Assembly (NCBI GenBank): GCA_964016885.1
Contig: OZ024742.1
Location: 235,538,001 to 235,602,000, forward strand
Reading direction: 5' to 3'
DNA length: 64,000 bases
DNA from: Eledone cirrhosa
Taxonomy: Eukaryota
Shown here: piece by piece, positions 53,301 to 64,000 of the stretch
How positions within the stretch are numbered: position 1 is the first letter of the stretch
Layout: the number at the start of each line of letters is the position of its first letter
The notes under the pieces: model-generated
The model's database searches: none
Told to the model about the DNA's origin: nothing
What the model saw: only the letters and a program-made list of their open reading frames with translations
Translations under genes and position numbers: made by a program

Positions 53301-55150
53301 TGTAGTTGAAAGGTGACTGTATCAGAACTATTGTAGTTGAAAGGTGACTGTATCAGAACTATTGTAGTTGAAAGGTGACTCTATCAGAACTATTGTAGTT
53401 GAAAGGTGACTGTATCAGAACTATTGTAGTTGAAATGTGACTGTATCAGAACTAATGTAGTTGAAAGGTGACTGTATCAGAACTAATGTAGTGGAAAGGT
53501 GACTGTATCAGAACTATTGTAGTTGAAAGGTGACTGTATCAGAACTATTGTAGTTGAAAGGTGACTGTATCAGAACTATTGTAGTTAAAAGGTGACTGTA
53601 TCAGAACTAATGTAGTTGAAATGTGACTGTATCCGAAGTATAGTAGTGGAAAGGTGACTGTATCAGAACTATTGTGGTTGAAAGGTGACTGTATCAGAAC
53701 TATTGTAGTTGAAAGGTGACTGTATCAGAACTATTGTAGTAGAAAAGTGACTGTATCAGATCTATTGTAGTTGAAAGGTGACTGTATCCGAAGTATAGTA
53801 GTTGAAAGGTGACTGTATCAGAAGTATTGTAGTTGAAATGTGACTGTATCAGAACTAATGTAATTGAAATGTGACTGTATCAGAACCATTGTAGTTGAAA
53901 GGTGACTGTATCCGAAGTATAGTAGTTGAAAGGTGACTGTATCAGAACTAATGTAGTTGAAATGTGACTGTATCAGAACTATTGTAGTTGAAAGGTGACT
54001 GTATCATAACTATTGTAGTTGAAAGGTGACTGTATCAGAAGTATTGTAGTTGAAATGTGACTGTATCCGAAGTATAGTAGTTGAAAGGTGACTGTATCAG
54101 AACTAATGTAATTGAAATGTGACTGTATCAGAACTATTGTAGTTGAAAGGTGACTGTATCCGAAGTATAGTAGTTGAAAGGTGACTGTATCAGAACTAAT
54201 GTAGTAAAAATGTGACTGTATCAGAACTATTGTAGTTGAAAGGTGACTGTATGATAACTATTGTAGTTGAAAGGTGACTGTATCAGAACTATCGTAGTTG
54301 AAAGGTGACTGTATCAGAACTATTGTAGTAGAAAGGTGACTGTATCAGAACTATTGTAGTTGAAAGGTGACTGTATCAGAACCATTGTAGTTGAAAGGTG
54401 ACTGTATAAGAACTATTGTAGTTGAAAGGTGACTGTATCAGATCTATTGTAGTAGAAAGGTGACTGTATCAGAACTATTGTAGTTGAAAGTTGACTGTGT
54501 CAGAACTAATGTAGTTGAAATGTGACTGTATCAGAACTATTGTAGTTGAAAGGTGACTGTATCAGAACTATTGTAGTTGAAAGGTGACTGTATCAGAACT
54601 ACTGTAGTTGAAAGGTGACTGTATCAGAACTAATGTAGTTGAAAGGTGACTGTATCAGAATTATTGTAGTTGAAAGGTGACTGTATCAGAAGTATTGTAG
54701 TTGAAAGGTGACTGTATCAGAAGTATTGTAGTTGAAAGGTGACTGTATGAGAAGTATTGTAGTTGAAATGTGACTGTATCAGAAATAATGTAATTGAAAT
54801 GTGACTGTATCAGAACTATTGTAGTTGAAAGGTGACTGTATCCGAAGTATAGTAGTTGAAAGGTGACTGTATCAGAACTAATATAGTTGAAATGTGACTG
54901 TATCAGAACTATTGTAGTTCAAAGGTGACTGTATCAGAACTATTGTAGTTGAAAGGTGACTGCATCAGAACTATTGTAGTTGAAAGGTGACTGTATCAGA
55001 ACTATTGTAGTAGAAAGGTGACTGTATCAGAACTATTGTAGTAGAAAGGTGACTGTATCAGAACCATTGTAGCTGATAGGTGACTGTATCAGATCTATTG
55101 TAGTAGAAAGGTGACTGTATCCGAAGTATAGTAGTGGAAAGGTGACTGTG
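44330..55150 (+). repeat. Type-B higher-order repeat, about three tandem units of 3.2-3.6 kb
   Basis: TGGTTG marker at 46854, 50451 and 53675 (spacings 3,597 = 116 x 31 + 1, and 3,224 = 104 x 31). CGATG marker at 44921 and 48456 (spacing 3,535). Confidence 0.82.
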
Positions 55151-56225
55151 ACAGAACTATTGTAGTTGAAAAGTGACTGTATCAGAACTATTGTAGTTGA
55201 AAGGTGACTGTATCAGAACTATTGTAGTTGAAAGGTGACTGTATCAGAACTATTGTAGTTGAAAGGTGACTGTATCAGAACTATTGTAGTAGAAAGGTGA
55301 CTGTATCAGAACTAATGTAGTTGAAAGGTGACTGTATCAGAACTATTGTAGTTGAAAGGTGACTGTATCAGAACTATTGTAGTAGAAAGGTGACTGTATC
55401 AGAACCATTGTAGTTGAAAGGTGACTGTATCAGAACTATTGTAGTGGAAAGGTGACTGTATCAGAACTATTGTAGTTGAAAGGTGACTGTATCAGAACTA
55501 ATGTAGTTGAAAGGTGACTGTATCAGAACTATTGTGAGATGGAAGGTGACTGTATCAGAACTATTGTAGTGGAAAGGTGACTTTATAAGAACTATTGTAG
55601 TTGAAAAGTGACTGTATCAGAGCTAACGTAGTTGAAAGGTGACTGTATCAGAACTATTGTAGTTGAAAGGTGACTGTATCAGAACTATTGTAGTTGAAAG
55701 GTGACTGTATCAGAACTATTGTAGTTGAAAGGTGACTGTATCAGAACTATTGTAGTAGAAAGGTGACTGTATCAGAACTAATGTAGTTGAAAGGTGCCTG
55801 TATAAGAATGAATGTAGTTGAAAGGTGACTGTATCAGAACTATTGTAGTAGAAACGTGACTGTATCAGAACTATTGTAGTGGAAAGGTGACTGTATCAGA
55901 ACTAATGTAGTTGAAAGGTGACTGTATCAGAACTATTGTAGTTGAAAGGTGACTGTATCAGAACTATTGTAGTAGAAAGGTGACTGTATCAGAACCATTG
56001 TAGTTGAAAGGTGACTGTATCAGAACTATTGTAGTGGAAAGGTGACTGTCTCAGAACTATTGTAGTCGAAAGGTGACTGTATCAGAACTATTGTAGTTGA
56101 AAGGTGACTGTATCAGAACTATTGTAGTGGAAAGGTGACTGTATCAGAACTATTGTAGTAGAAAGGTGACTGTATCAGAACTATTGTAGTTGAAAGGTGA
56201 CTGTATCAGAACTATTGTAGTTGAA

Positions 56226-56959
56226 ACGTGACTGTTTCAGAACTATTTTGCGATGGAAGGTGACTGTATCAGAACTATTGTTGATGGAAGGTGACTGTAA
56301 CAGAACTATTGTGAGACGGAAGGTGACTGTATCAGAACCAATGTGAGATGTAAGGTGACTGTATCAGAACTATTGTTAGATGAAAGGTGACTGTATCAGA
56401 ACTATTGTCAGATGGAAGGTGACTGTATCAGAACTAATGTGAGATGGAAGGTGACTGTAACAGAACTATTGTGAGATGGAAGGTGACTGTATCAGTACTA
56501 TTGTGAAATGGAAGGTGACTGTATCAGAACAATTGCGAAATGGACGTTGACTGTATCAGAACCAATGTGAGATGGAAGGTGACTGTATCAGAACTATTAT
56601 GAGGTGGAAGGTGACTGTAACAGAACTATTGTGACATGGAAGTTGACTGTATCAGAACTAATGTGAGATGGAAGGTGACTGTATCAGAACTATTATGAGG
56701 TGAAAGGTGACTGTAACAGAACTATTGTGAGATGGAAGTTGACTGTATCAGAACTATTGTTGATGGAAGGTGACTGTATCAGAACTATTGTGAGATGGAA
56801 GGTGACTGTAACAGAACTAATGTGAGACGGAAGGTGACTGTATCAGAACTATTGTGGGATGGAAGTTGACTGTAACAGAACTATTGTGAGATGGAAGGTT
56901 ACTGTAACAGAACTATTGTGAGATGGAAGGTGACTGTATCAGAACTATTGTGAGATTGA
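56226..56959 (+). repeat. Island 1 of divergent 32-bp subfamily (AGGTGACTGTATCAGAACTATTGTGAGATGGA), 23 consecutive units
   Basis: Every unit ends in a GTGAGATGGA-like tail instead of GTAGTTGAA. The 734 bp span equals 21 units of 32 bp plus 2 units of 31 bp. Confidence 0.93.
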
Positions 56960-58014
56960 AGGTGACTGTATCAGAACTATTGTAGTTGAAAGGTGACTGT
57001 ATCAGAACTATTGTAGTAGAAAGGTGACTGTATCAGAACTATTGTAGTTGAAAGGTGACTGTATCAGAACTATTGTAGTGGAAATGTGACTGTATCAGAA
57101 CTAATGTAGTTGAAAGATGACTGTATCAGAACTATTGTAGTTGAAGGGTGACTGCATCCGAAATGATGTAGTTGAAAGTCGACTGTATCCGAAGTATTGT
57201 AGTTGAAAGGTGACTGTATCAGAACTATTGTGAGATGGAAGGTGACTGTATCAGAACTATTGTAGTTGAAAGGTGTCTGTATCAGAACTATTGTAGTAGA
57301 AAGGTGACTGTATCAGAACTATTGTAGTAGAAAGGTGACTGTATCAGAACTATTGTAGTAGAAAGGTGACTGTATCAGAACTATTGTAGTAGAAAGGTGA
57401 CTGTATCAGAACTATTGTAGTTGAAAGGTGACTGTATCAGAACTATTGTAGTAGAAAGGTGACTGTATCAGAACTATTGTAGTTGAAAGGTGACTGTATC
57501 AGAACTATTGTAGTGGAAAGGTGACTGTATCAGAACTATTGTAATTGAAAGGTGACTGTATCAGAACTATTGTAGTAGAAAGGTGACTGTATCAGAACTA
57601 TTGTAGTTGAAAGGTGACTGTATCAGAACTATTGTACTGGAAAGGTGACTGTATCAGAACTATTGTAGTAGAAAGGTGACTGTATCAGAACTATTGTAGT
57701 TGAAAGGTGACTGTATCAGAACTATTGTAGTAGAAAGGTGACTGTATCAGAACTAATGTAGTAGAAAGGTGACTGTATCAGAACTAATGTAGTTGATAGG
57801 TGACTGTATCAGAACTAATGTAGTTGAAAGGTGACTGTATCAGAACTAATGTAGTTGATAGGTGACTGTATCAGAACTACTGTAGTTGAAAGGTGACTGT
57901 ATCAGAACTATTGTAGTTGAAAGGTGACTGTATCAGAACTATTGTAGTTGAAAGGTGACTGTATCAGAGCTATTGTAGTTGAAAGGTGACTGTATCAGAA
58001 CTATTGTAGTTGAA

Positions 58015-58875
58015 AGGTGACTGTATCAGAACTATTTTGCGATGGAAGGTGACTGTATCAGTACTATTGTGAAATGGAAGGTGAATGTATGAGAACTATT
58101 GTGAGATGGAAGGTGACTGTATCAGAACTATTGTTGATGGAAGGTTACTGTATCAGAACTATTGTGAGATGGAAGGTGACTGTAACAGAACTATTGTGAG
58201 ATGGAAGGTGACTGTATCAGAACCAATGTGAGATGGAAGGTGACTGTATCAGAACTATTGTTAGATGAAAGGTGACAGTATCAGAACTATTGTCAGATGG
58301 AAGGTGACTGTATCAGAACTAATGTGAGATGGAAGGTGACTGTATCAGTACTATTGTGAAATGGAAGGTGACTGTATGAGATCTATGGTGAGATGGAAGG
58401 TGACTCTATCAGAACAATTGCGAAATGGACGTTGACTGTATCAGAACCAATGTGAGATGGAAGGTGACTGTATCAGAACTATTATGAGGTGGAAGGTGAC
58501 TGTAACAGAACTATTGTGACATGGAAGTTGACTGTATCAGAACTAATGTGAGATGGAAGGTGACTGTATCAGAACTATTATGAGGTGAAAGGTGACTGTA
58601 ACAGAACTATTGTGAGATGGAAGTTGACTGTATCAGAACTATTGTTGATGGAAGGTGACTGTATCAGAACTATTGTGAGACGGAAGGTGACTGTATCAGA
58701 ACTATTGTGGGATGGAAGTTGACTGTAACAGAACTATTGTTGATGGAAGGTGACTGTATCAGAACTATTGTGAGATGGAAGGTGACTGTATCAGAACTAT
58801 TGTGAGATGGAAGGTTACTGTAACAGAACTATTGTGAGATGGAAGGTGACTGTATCAGAACTATTGTGAGATTGA
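58015..58875 (+). repeat. Island 2 of divergent 32-bp subfamily, 27 consecutive units, paralogous to island 1
   Basis: The 861 bp span equals 24 x 32 plus 3 x 31. It shares ordered private markers with island 1: TTTTGCGATGG first, then GTTAGATGAA, GTCAGATGG, CAATTGCGAAATGGACGTTG, ATTATGAGGTG, GTGACATGG, GTGGGATGG, and GTGAGATTGA last. Confidence 0.93.
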
Positions 58876-59749
58876 AGGTGACTGTATCAGAACTATTGTA
58901 GTTGAAATGTGACTGTATCAGAACTATTGTAGTAGAAATGTGACTGTATCAGAACTATTGTAGTTGAAAGGTGACTGTATCAGAACTATTGTAGTGGAAA
59001 GGTGACTGTATCAGAACTATTGTAGTTGAAAGGTGTCTGTATCTGAACTATTGTAGTTGAAAGGTGACTGTATCAGAACTATTGTAGTAGAAAGGTGACT
59101 GTATCAGAGCTATTGTAGTGGAAAGGTGACTGTATCAGAACTATTGTAGTGGAAAGGTGACTGTATCAGAACTATTGTAATTGAAAGGTGACTGTATAAG
59201 AACTATTGTAGTAGAAAGGTGACTGTATCAGAACTATTGTAGTTGAAAGGTGACTGTATCAGAACTATTGTAGTGGAAAGGTGACTGTATCAGAACTATT
59301 GTAGTAGAAAGGTGACTGTATCAGAACTATTGTAGTGGAAAGGTGACTGTATCAGAACTAATGTAGTTGAAAGGTGACTGTATCAGAACTATTGTAGTGG
59401 AAAGGTGACTGTATCAGAACTATTGTAGTTGAAAGGTGTCTGTATCTGAACTATTGTAGTGGAAAGGTGACTGTATCAGAACTATTGTAGTAGAAAGGTG
59501 ACTGTATCAGAACTATTGTAGTTGAAAGGTGACTGTATCAGAACTATTGTAGTGGAAAGGTGACTGTATCAGAACTATTGTAATTGAAAGGTGACTCTAT
59601 AAGAACTATTGTAGTAGAAAGGTGACTGTATCAGAACTATTGTAGTTGAAAGGTGACTGTATCAGAACTATTGTAGTGGAAAGGTGACTGTATCAGAACT
59701 ATTGTAGTAGAAAGGTGACTGTATCAGAACTATTGTAGTTGAAAGGTGA

Positions 59750-62700
59750 CTGTATCAGAACTATTGTAGTTGAAATGTGACTGTATCAGAACTATTGTAG
59801 TTGAAAGGTGACTGTATCCGAAGTATAGTAGTTGAAAGGTGACTGTATCAGAACTAATATAGTTGAAAATTGACTGTATCAGAACTATTGTAGTTCATAG
59901 GTGACTGTATCAGAACTATTGTAGTTGAAAGGTGACTGCATCAGAACTATTGTAGTTGAAAGGTGACTGTATCAGAACTATTGTAGTAGAAAGGTGACTG
60001 TATCAGAACTAATGTAGTTGAAAGATGACTGTATAAGAACTATTGTAGTTGAAAGGTGACTGTATCAGAACTATTGTAGTTGAAAGGTGACTGTATAAGA
60101 ACTATTGTAGTTGAAAGGTGACTGTATCAGAACTATTGTAGTAGAAAGGTGACTGTATCCGAAGTATAGTAGTGGAAAGGTGACTGTATCAGAACTAATG
60201 TAGTAGAAAGGTGACTGTATCAGAACTATTGTAGTTGAAAGGTGACTGTATCAGAACTATTGTAGTTAAAATGTGACTGTATCAGAACTAATGTAGTTGA
60301 AATGTGACCGTATCAGAACTATTGTAGTAGAAAGGTGACTGTATCCGATGTATAGTAGTTGAAAGGTGACTGTATCAGAACTGTTGTAGTTGAAAGGTGA
60401 CTGTATCAGAACTATTGTATTTGAAAGGTGACTGTATCCGAAGTATAGTAGTTGAAAGGTGACTGTATCAGAACTAATGTAGTTGAAATGTGACTGTATC
60501 CGAAGTATAGTAGTTGAAAGGTGACTGTATCAGAACTAATGTAATTGAAATGTGACTGTATCAGAACTATTGTAGTTGAAAGGTGACTGTATCCGAAGTA
60601 TAGTAGTTGAAAGGTGACTGTATCAGAACTAATGTAGTTGAAATGTGACTGTCTCAGAACTATTGTAGTTGAAAGCTGACTGTATCATAATTATTGTAGT
60701 TGAAAGGTGACTGTATCAGAACTATCGTAGTAGAAAGGTGACTGTATCAGAACCATTGTAGTTGAAAGGTGACTGTAGAAGAACTATTGTAGTTGAAAGG
60801 TGACTGTATGAGAACTATTGTAGTAGAAAGGTGACTGTATCCGAAGTATAGTAGTGGAAAGGTGACTGTATCAGAACTATTGTAGTGGAAAGGTGACTGT
60901 ATCAGAATTAATGTAGTGGAAAGGTGACTGTATCAGAACTATTGTAGTTGAAAGATGACTGTATCAGAACTATTGTAGTAGAAAGGTGACTGTATCAGAA
61001 CTAATGTAGTGGAAAGGTGACAGTATCAGAACTAATGTAATTGAAATGTGACTGTATCAGAACTATTGTAGTTGAAAGGTGACTGTATCCGAAGTATAGT
61101 AGTTGAAAAGTGACTGTATCAGAACTAATGTAGTTGAAATGTGACTGTATCAGAACTATTGTAGTTCAAAGGTGACTGTATCAGAACTATTGTAGTTGAA
61201 AGGTGACTGTATCAGAACTATTGTAGTTGAAAGGTGACTGCATCAGAACTATTGTAGTAGAAAGGTGACTGTATCAGAACTAATGTAGTTGAAAGATGAC
61301 TGTATAAGAACTATCGTAGTTGAAAGGTGACTGTATCAAAACTATTGTAGTTGAAAGGTGACTGTATCAGAACTATTGTAGTGGAAAGGTGACTGTATCT
61401 GAACTAATGTAGTTGAAATGTGACCGTATCAGAACTATTGTAGTTGAAAGGTGACTGCATCAGAACTATTGTAGTTGAAAGGTGACTGTATCAGAACTAA
61501 TGTAGTTGAAATGTGACTGTATCAGAACTATTGTAGTTAAAAGGTGACTGCATCAGAACTATTGTAGTTGAAAGGTGACTGTATCAGAACTATTGTAGTA
61601 GAAAGGTGACTGTATCAGAACTATTGTAGTTGAAAGGTGACTGTATCAGAACTATTGTAGTAGAAAGGTGACTGTATCAGAACTATTGTAGTTGAAAGGT
61701 GACTGTATCAGACCTAATGTAGTTGAAAGGTGACTGTATCAGAACTATTGTGAGATGGAAGGTGAATGTATCAGAACTATTGTAGTTGAAAGGTGACTGT
61801 ATCAGAACTATTGTAGTAGAAAGGTGACTGTAACAGAGCTAACGTAGTTGAAAGGTGACTGTATCAGAACTAATGTAGTTGAAAGGTGACTGTATCATAA
61901 CTATTGTAGTTAAAAGGTGACTGTATCAGAAGTATTGTAGTTGAAAGGTGACTGTATCAGAACTATTGTAGTTGAAAGGTGACTGTATCAGAACTATTGT
62001 AGTTGAAAGGTGACTGTATCAGAACTATTGTAGTTGAAAGGTGACTCTATCAGAACTATTGTAGTTGAAAGGTGACTGTATCAGAACTATTGTAGTTGAA
62101 ATGTGACTGTATCAGAACTAATGTAGTTGAAAGGTGACTGTATCAGAACTAATGTAGTGGAAAGGTGACTGTATCAGAACTATTGTAGTTGAAAGGTGAC
62201 TGTATCAGAACTATTGTAGTTGAAAAGTGACTGTATCAGAACTATTGTAGTTAAAAGGTGACTATATCAGAACTAATGTAGTTGAAATGTGACTGTATCC
62301 GAAGTATAGTAGTGGAAAGGTGACTGTATCAGAACTATTGTGGTTGAAAGGTGACTGTATCAGAACTATTGTAGTTGAAAGGTGACTGTATCAGAACTAT
62401 TGTAGTAGAAAAGTGACTGTATCAGATCTATTGTAGTTGAAAGGTGACTGTATCCGAAGTATAGTAGTTGAAAGGTGACTGTATCAGAAGTATTGTAGTT
62501 GAAATGTGACTGTATCAGAACTAATGTAATTGAAATGTGACTGTATCAGAACCATTGTAGTTGAAAGGTGACTGTATCCGAAGTATAGTAGTTGAAAGGT
62601 GACTGTATCAGAACTAATGTAGTTGAAATGTGACTGTATCAGAACTATTGTAGTTGAAAGGTGACTCTATCATAACTATTGTAGTTGAAAGGTGACTGTA

Positions 62701-64000
62701 TCAGAAGTATTGTAGTTGAAATGTGACTGTATCCGAAGTATAGTAGTTGAAAGGTGACTGTATCAGAACTAATGTAATTGAAATGTGACTGTATCAGAAC
62801 TATTGTAGTTGAAAGGTGACTGTATCCGAAGTATAGTAGTTGAAAGGTGACTGTATCAGAACTAATGCAGTAAAAATGTGACTGTATCAGAACTATTGTA
62901 GTTGAAAGGTGACTGTATGATAACTATTGTAGTTGAAAGGTGACTGTATCAGAACTATCGTAGTTGAAAGGTGACTGTATCAGAACTATTGTAGTAGAAA
63001 GGTGACTGTATCAGAACTATTGTAGTTGAAAGGTGACTGTATCAGAACCATTGTAGTTGAAAGGTGACTGTATAAGAACTATTGTAGTTGAAAGGTGACT
63101 GTATCAGATCTATTGTAGTAGAAAGGTGACTGTATCAGAACTATTGTAGTTGAAAGTTGACTGTATCAGAACTAATGTAGTTGAAATGTGACTGTATCAG
63201 AACTATTGTAGTTGAAAGGTGACTGTATCAGAACTATTGTAGTTGAAAGGTGACTGTATCAGAACTACTGTAGTTGAAAGGTGACTGTATCAGAACTAAT
63301 GTAGTTGAAAGGTGACTGTATCAGAATTATTGTAGTTGAAAGGTGACTGTATCAGAAGTATTGTAGTTGAAATGTGACTGTATCAGAAGTATTGTAGTTG
63401 AAAGGTGACTGTATGAGAAGTATTGTAGTTGAAATGTGACTGTATCAGAACTAATATAGTTGAAAATTGACTGTATCAGAACTATTGTAGTTCATAGGTG
63501 ACTGTATCAGAACTATTGTAGTTGAAAGGTGACTTTATCAGAACTATTGTAGTTGAAAGGTGACTGTATCAGAACTATTGTAGTAGAAAGGTGACTGTAT
63601 CAGAACTAATGTAGTTGAAAGATGACTGTATAAGAACTATTGTAGTTGAAAGGTGACTGTATCAGAACTATTGTAGTTGAAAGGTGACTGTATAAGAACT
63701 ATTGTAGTTGAAAGGTGACTGTATCAGAACTATTGTAGTAGAAAGGTGACTGTATCCGAAGTATAGTAGTGGAAAGGTGACTGTATCAGAACTAATGTAG
63801 TAGAAAGGTGACAGTATCAGAACTATTGTAGTTGAAAGGTGACTGTATCAGAACTATTGTAGTTAAAATGTGACTGTATCAGAACTAATGTAGTTGAAAT
63901 GTGACCGTATCAGAACTATTGTAGTAGAAAGGTGACTGTATCCGATGTATAGTAGTTGAAAGGTGACTGTATCAGAACTGTTGTAGTTGAAAGGTGACTG
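59750..64000 (+). repeat. Type-B higher-order repeat resumes; near-identical copy of about 44330-48510
   Basis: CGATG at 60346 and 63943 (period 3,597). Offset from the 44-48 kb block is 15,425 before and 15,487 after a two-monomer insertion near 61.7 kb (CAGTAAAAAT at 47381/62868; TGGTTG at 46854/62341). Confidence 0.82.

Larger units (their letters stand above)
1..64000 (+). repeat. Tandem satellite array, 31-bp monomer AGGTGACTGTATCAGAACTATTGTAGTTGAA, about 2,060 head-to-tail copies; array runs to both window edges
   Basis: Monomer starts at 1, 32, 63 and continues to 63961 and 63992. Most units differ from the consensus by 0-3 substitutions. Hand bookkeeping (76 units of 32 bp, net -7 bp from small indels) accounts for 1-63960 as 2,061 units. 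No non-monomer sequence or strand switch seen. Confidence 0.99.

Noticed and set aside
56226-58875. Mobile-element insertion or diversity-generating cassette at the divergent islands
   Set aside because: The islands keep the monomer's first 24 bases and register. There are no terminal repeats, target-site duplication or coding capacity, and most variants are shared between the two islands by descent.
1-64000. CRISPR array (repeat about 30 bp, internal palindrome, TTGAAAG resembling CRISPR repeat 3' ends)
   Set aside because: Units are directly adjacent with no unique spacers, leader or cas genes. Variation is limited to point changes inherited in duplicated blocks.
1-64000. Giant repeat-protein CDS
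   Set aside because: The period of 31 is not a multiple of 3, so every frame on both strands meets stop codons about every three monomers. The ORF track has nothing above 83 aa.
1-64000. Telomeric repeat (G-rich strand skew)
   Set aside because: It lacks G-runs of 3 or more and short TTAGG(G)-type units. Block-inherited variants indicate recombinational amplification rather than templated synthesis. A subtelomeric location cannot be excluded.
1-64000. Assignment to a named satellite family, species or centromere function
   Set aside because: I do not recognise the monomer. Assignment needs a BLAST/Dfam/Repbase search and CENP-A/CENH3 or FISH data.
1-64000. One fixed, regular higher-order repeat unit
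   Set aside because: Observed periods vary (5, 13, 20, 64, 86-95 and 104-116 monomers), so the structure is nested irregular duplication rather than one canonical unit.

Overview
The whole 64 kb window is one uninterrupted, head-to-tail tandem satellite array. The consensus monomer is 31 bp, AGGTGACTGTATCAGAACTATTGTAGTTGAA (11/31 GC, 8 G vs 3 C on the + strand). By hand count there are about 2,060 copies, all in the same orientation. I see no unique sequence, credible gene, RNA gene, transposon, inversion or CRISPR spacer. An array of this size is most typical of eukaryotic heterochromatic DNA; that is inference, and I do not recognise the family or the organism. The information lies in how variant monomers are arranged. 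Two variant 'dialects' (A and B) alternate in multi-kb domains and form irregular higher-order repeats of about 0.6, 2.0, 2.7-2.9 and 3.2-3.6 kb. Blocks of 4-5 kb are duplicated at offsets of 10,138, 11,448 and about 15,450 bp. Two islands of a divergent 32-bp monomer subfamily lie at 56.2-57.0 and 58.0-58.9 kb. There is also a recurrent +2/-2 indel pair, and a three-substitution variant that removes both minus-strand stop codons and so produces the single ORF. I found no evidence for a new gene-encoded system. All counts and offsets were read by eye from marker variants and need computational confirmation.
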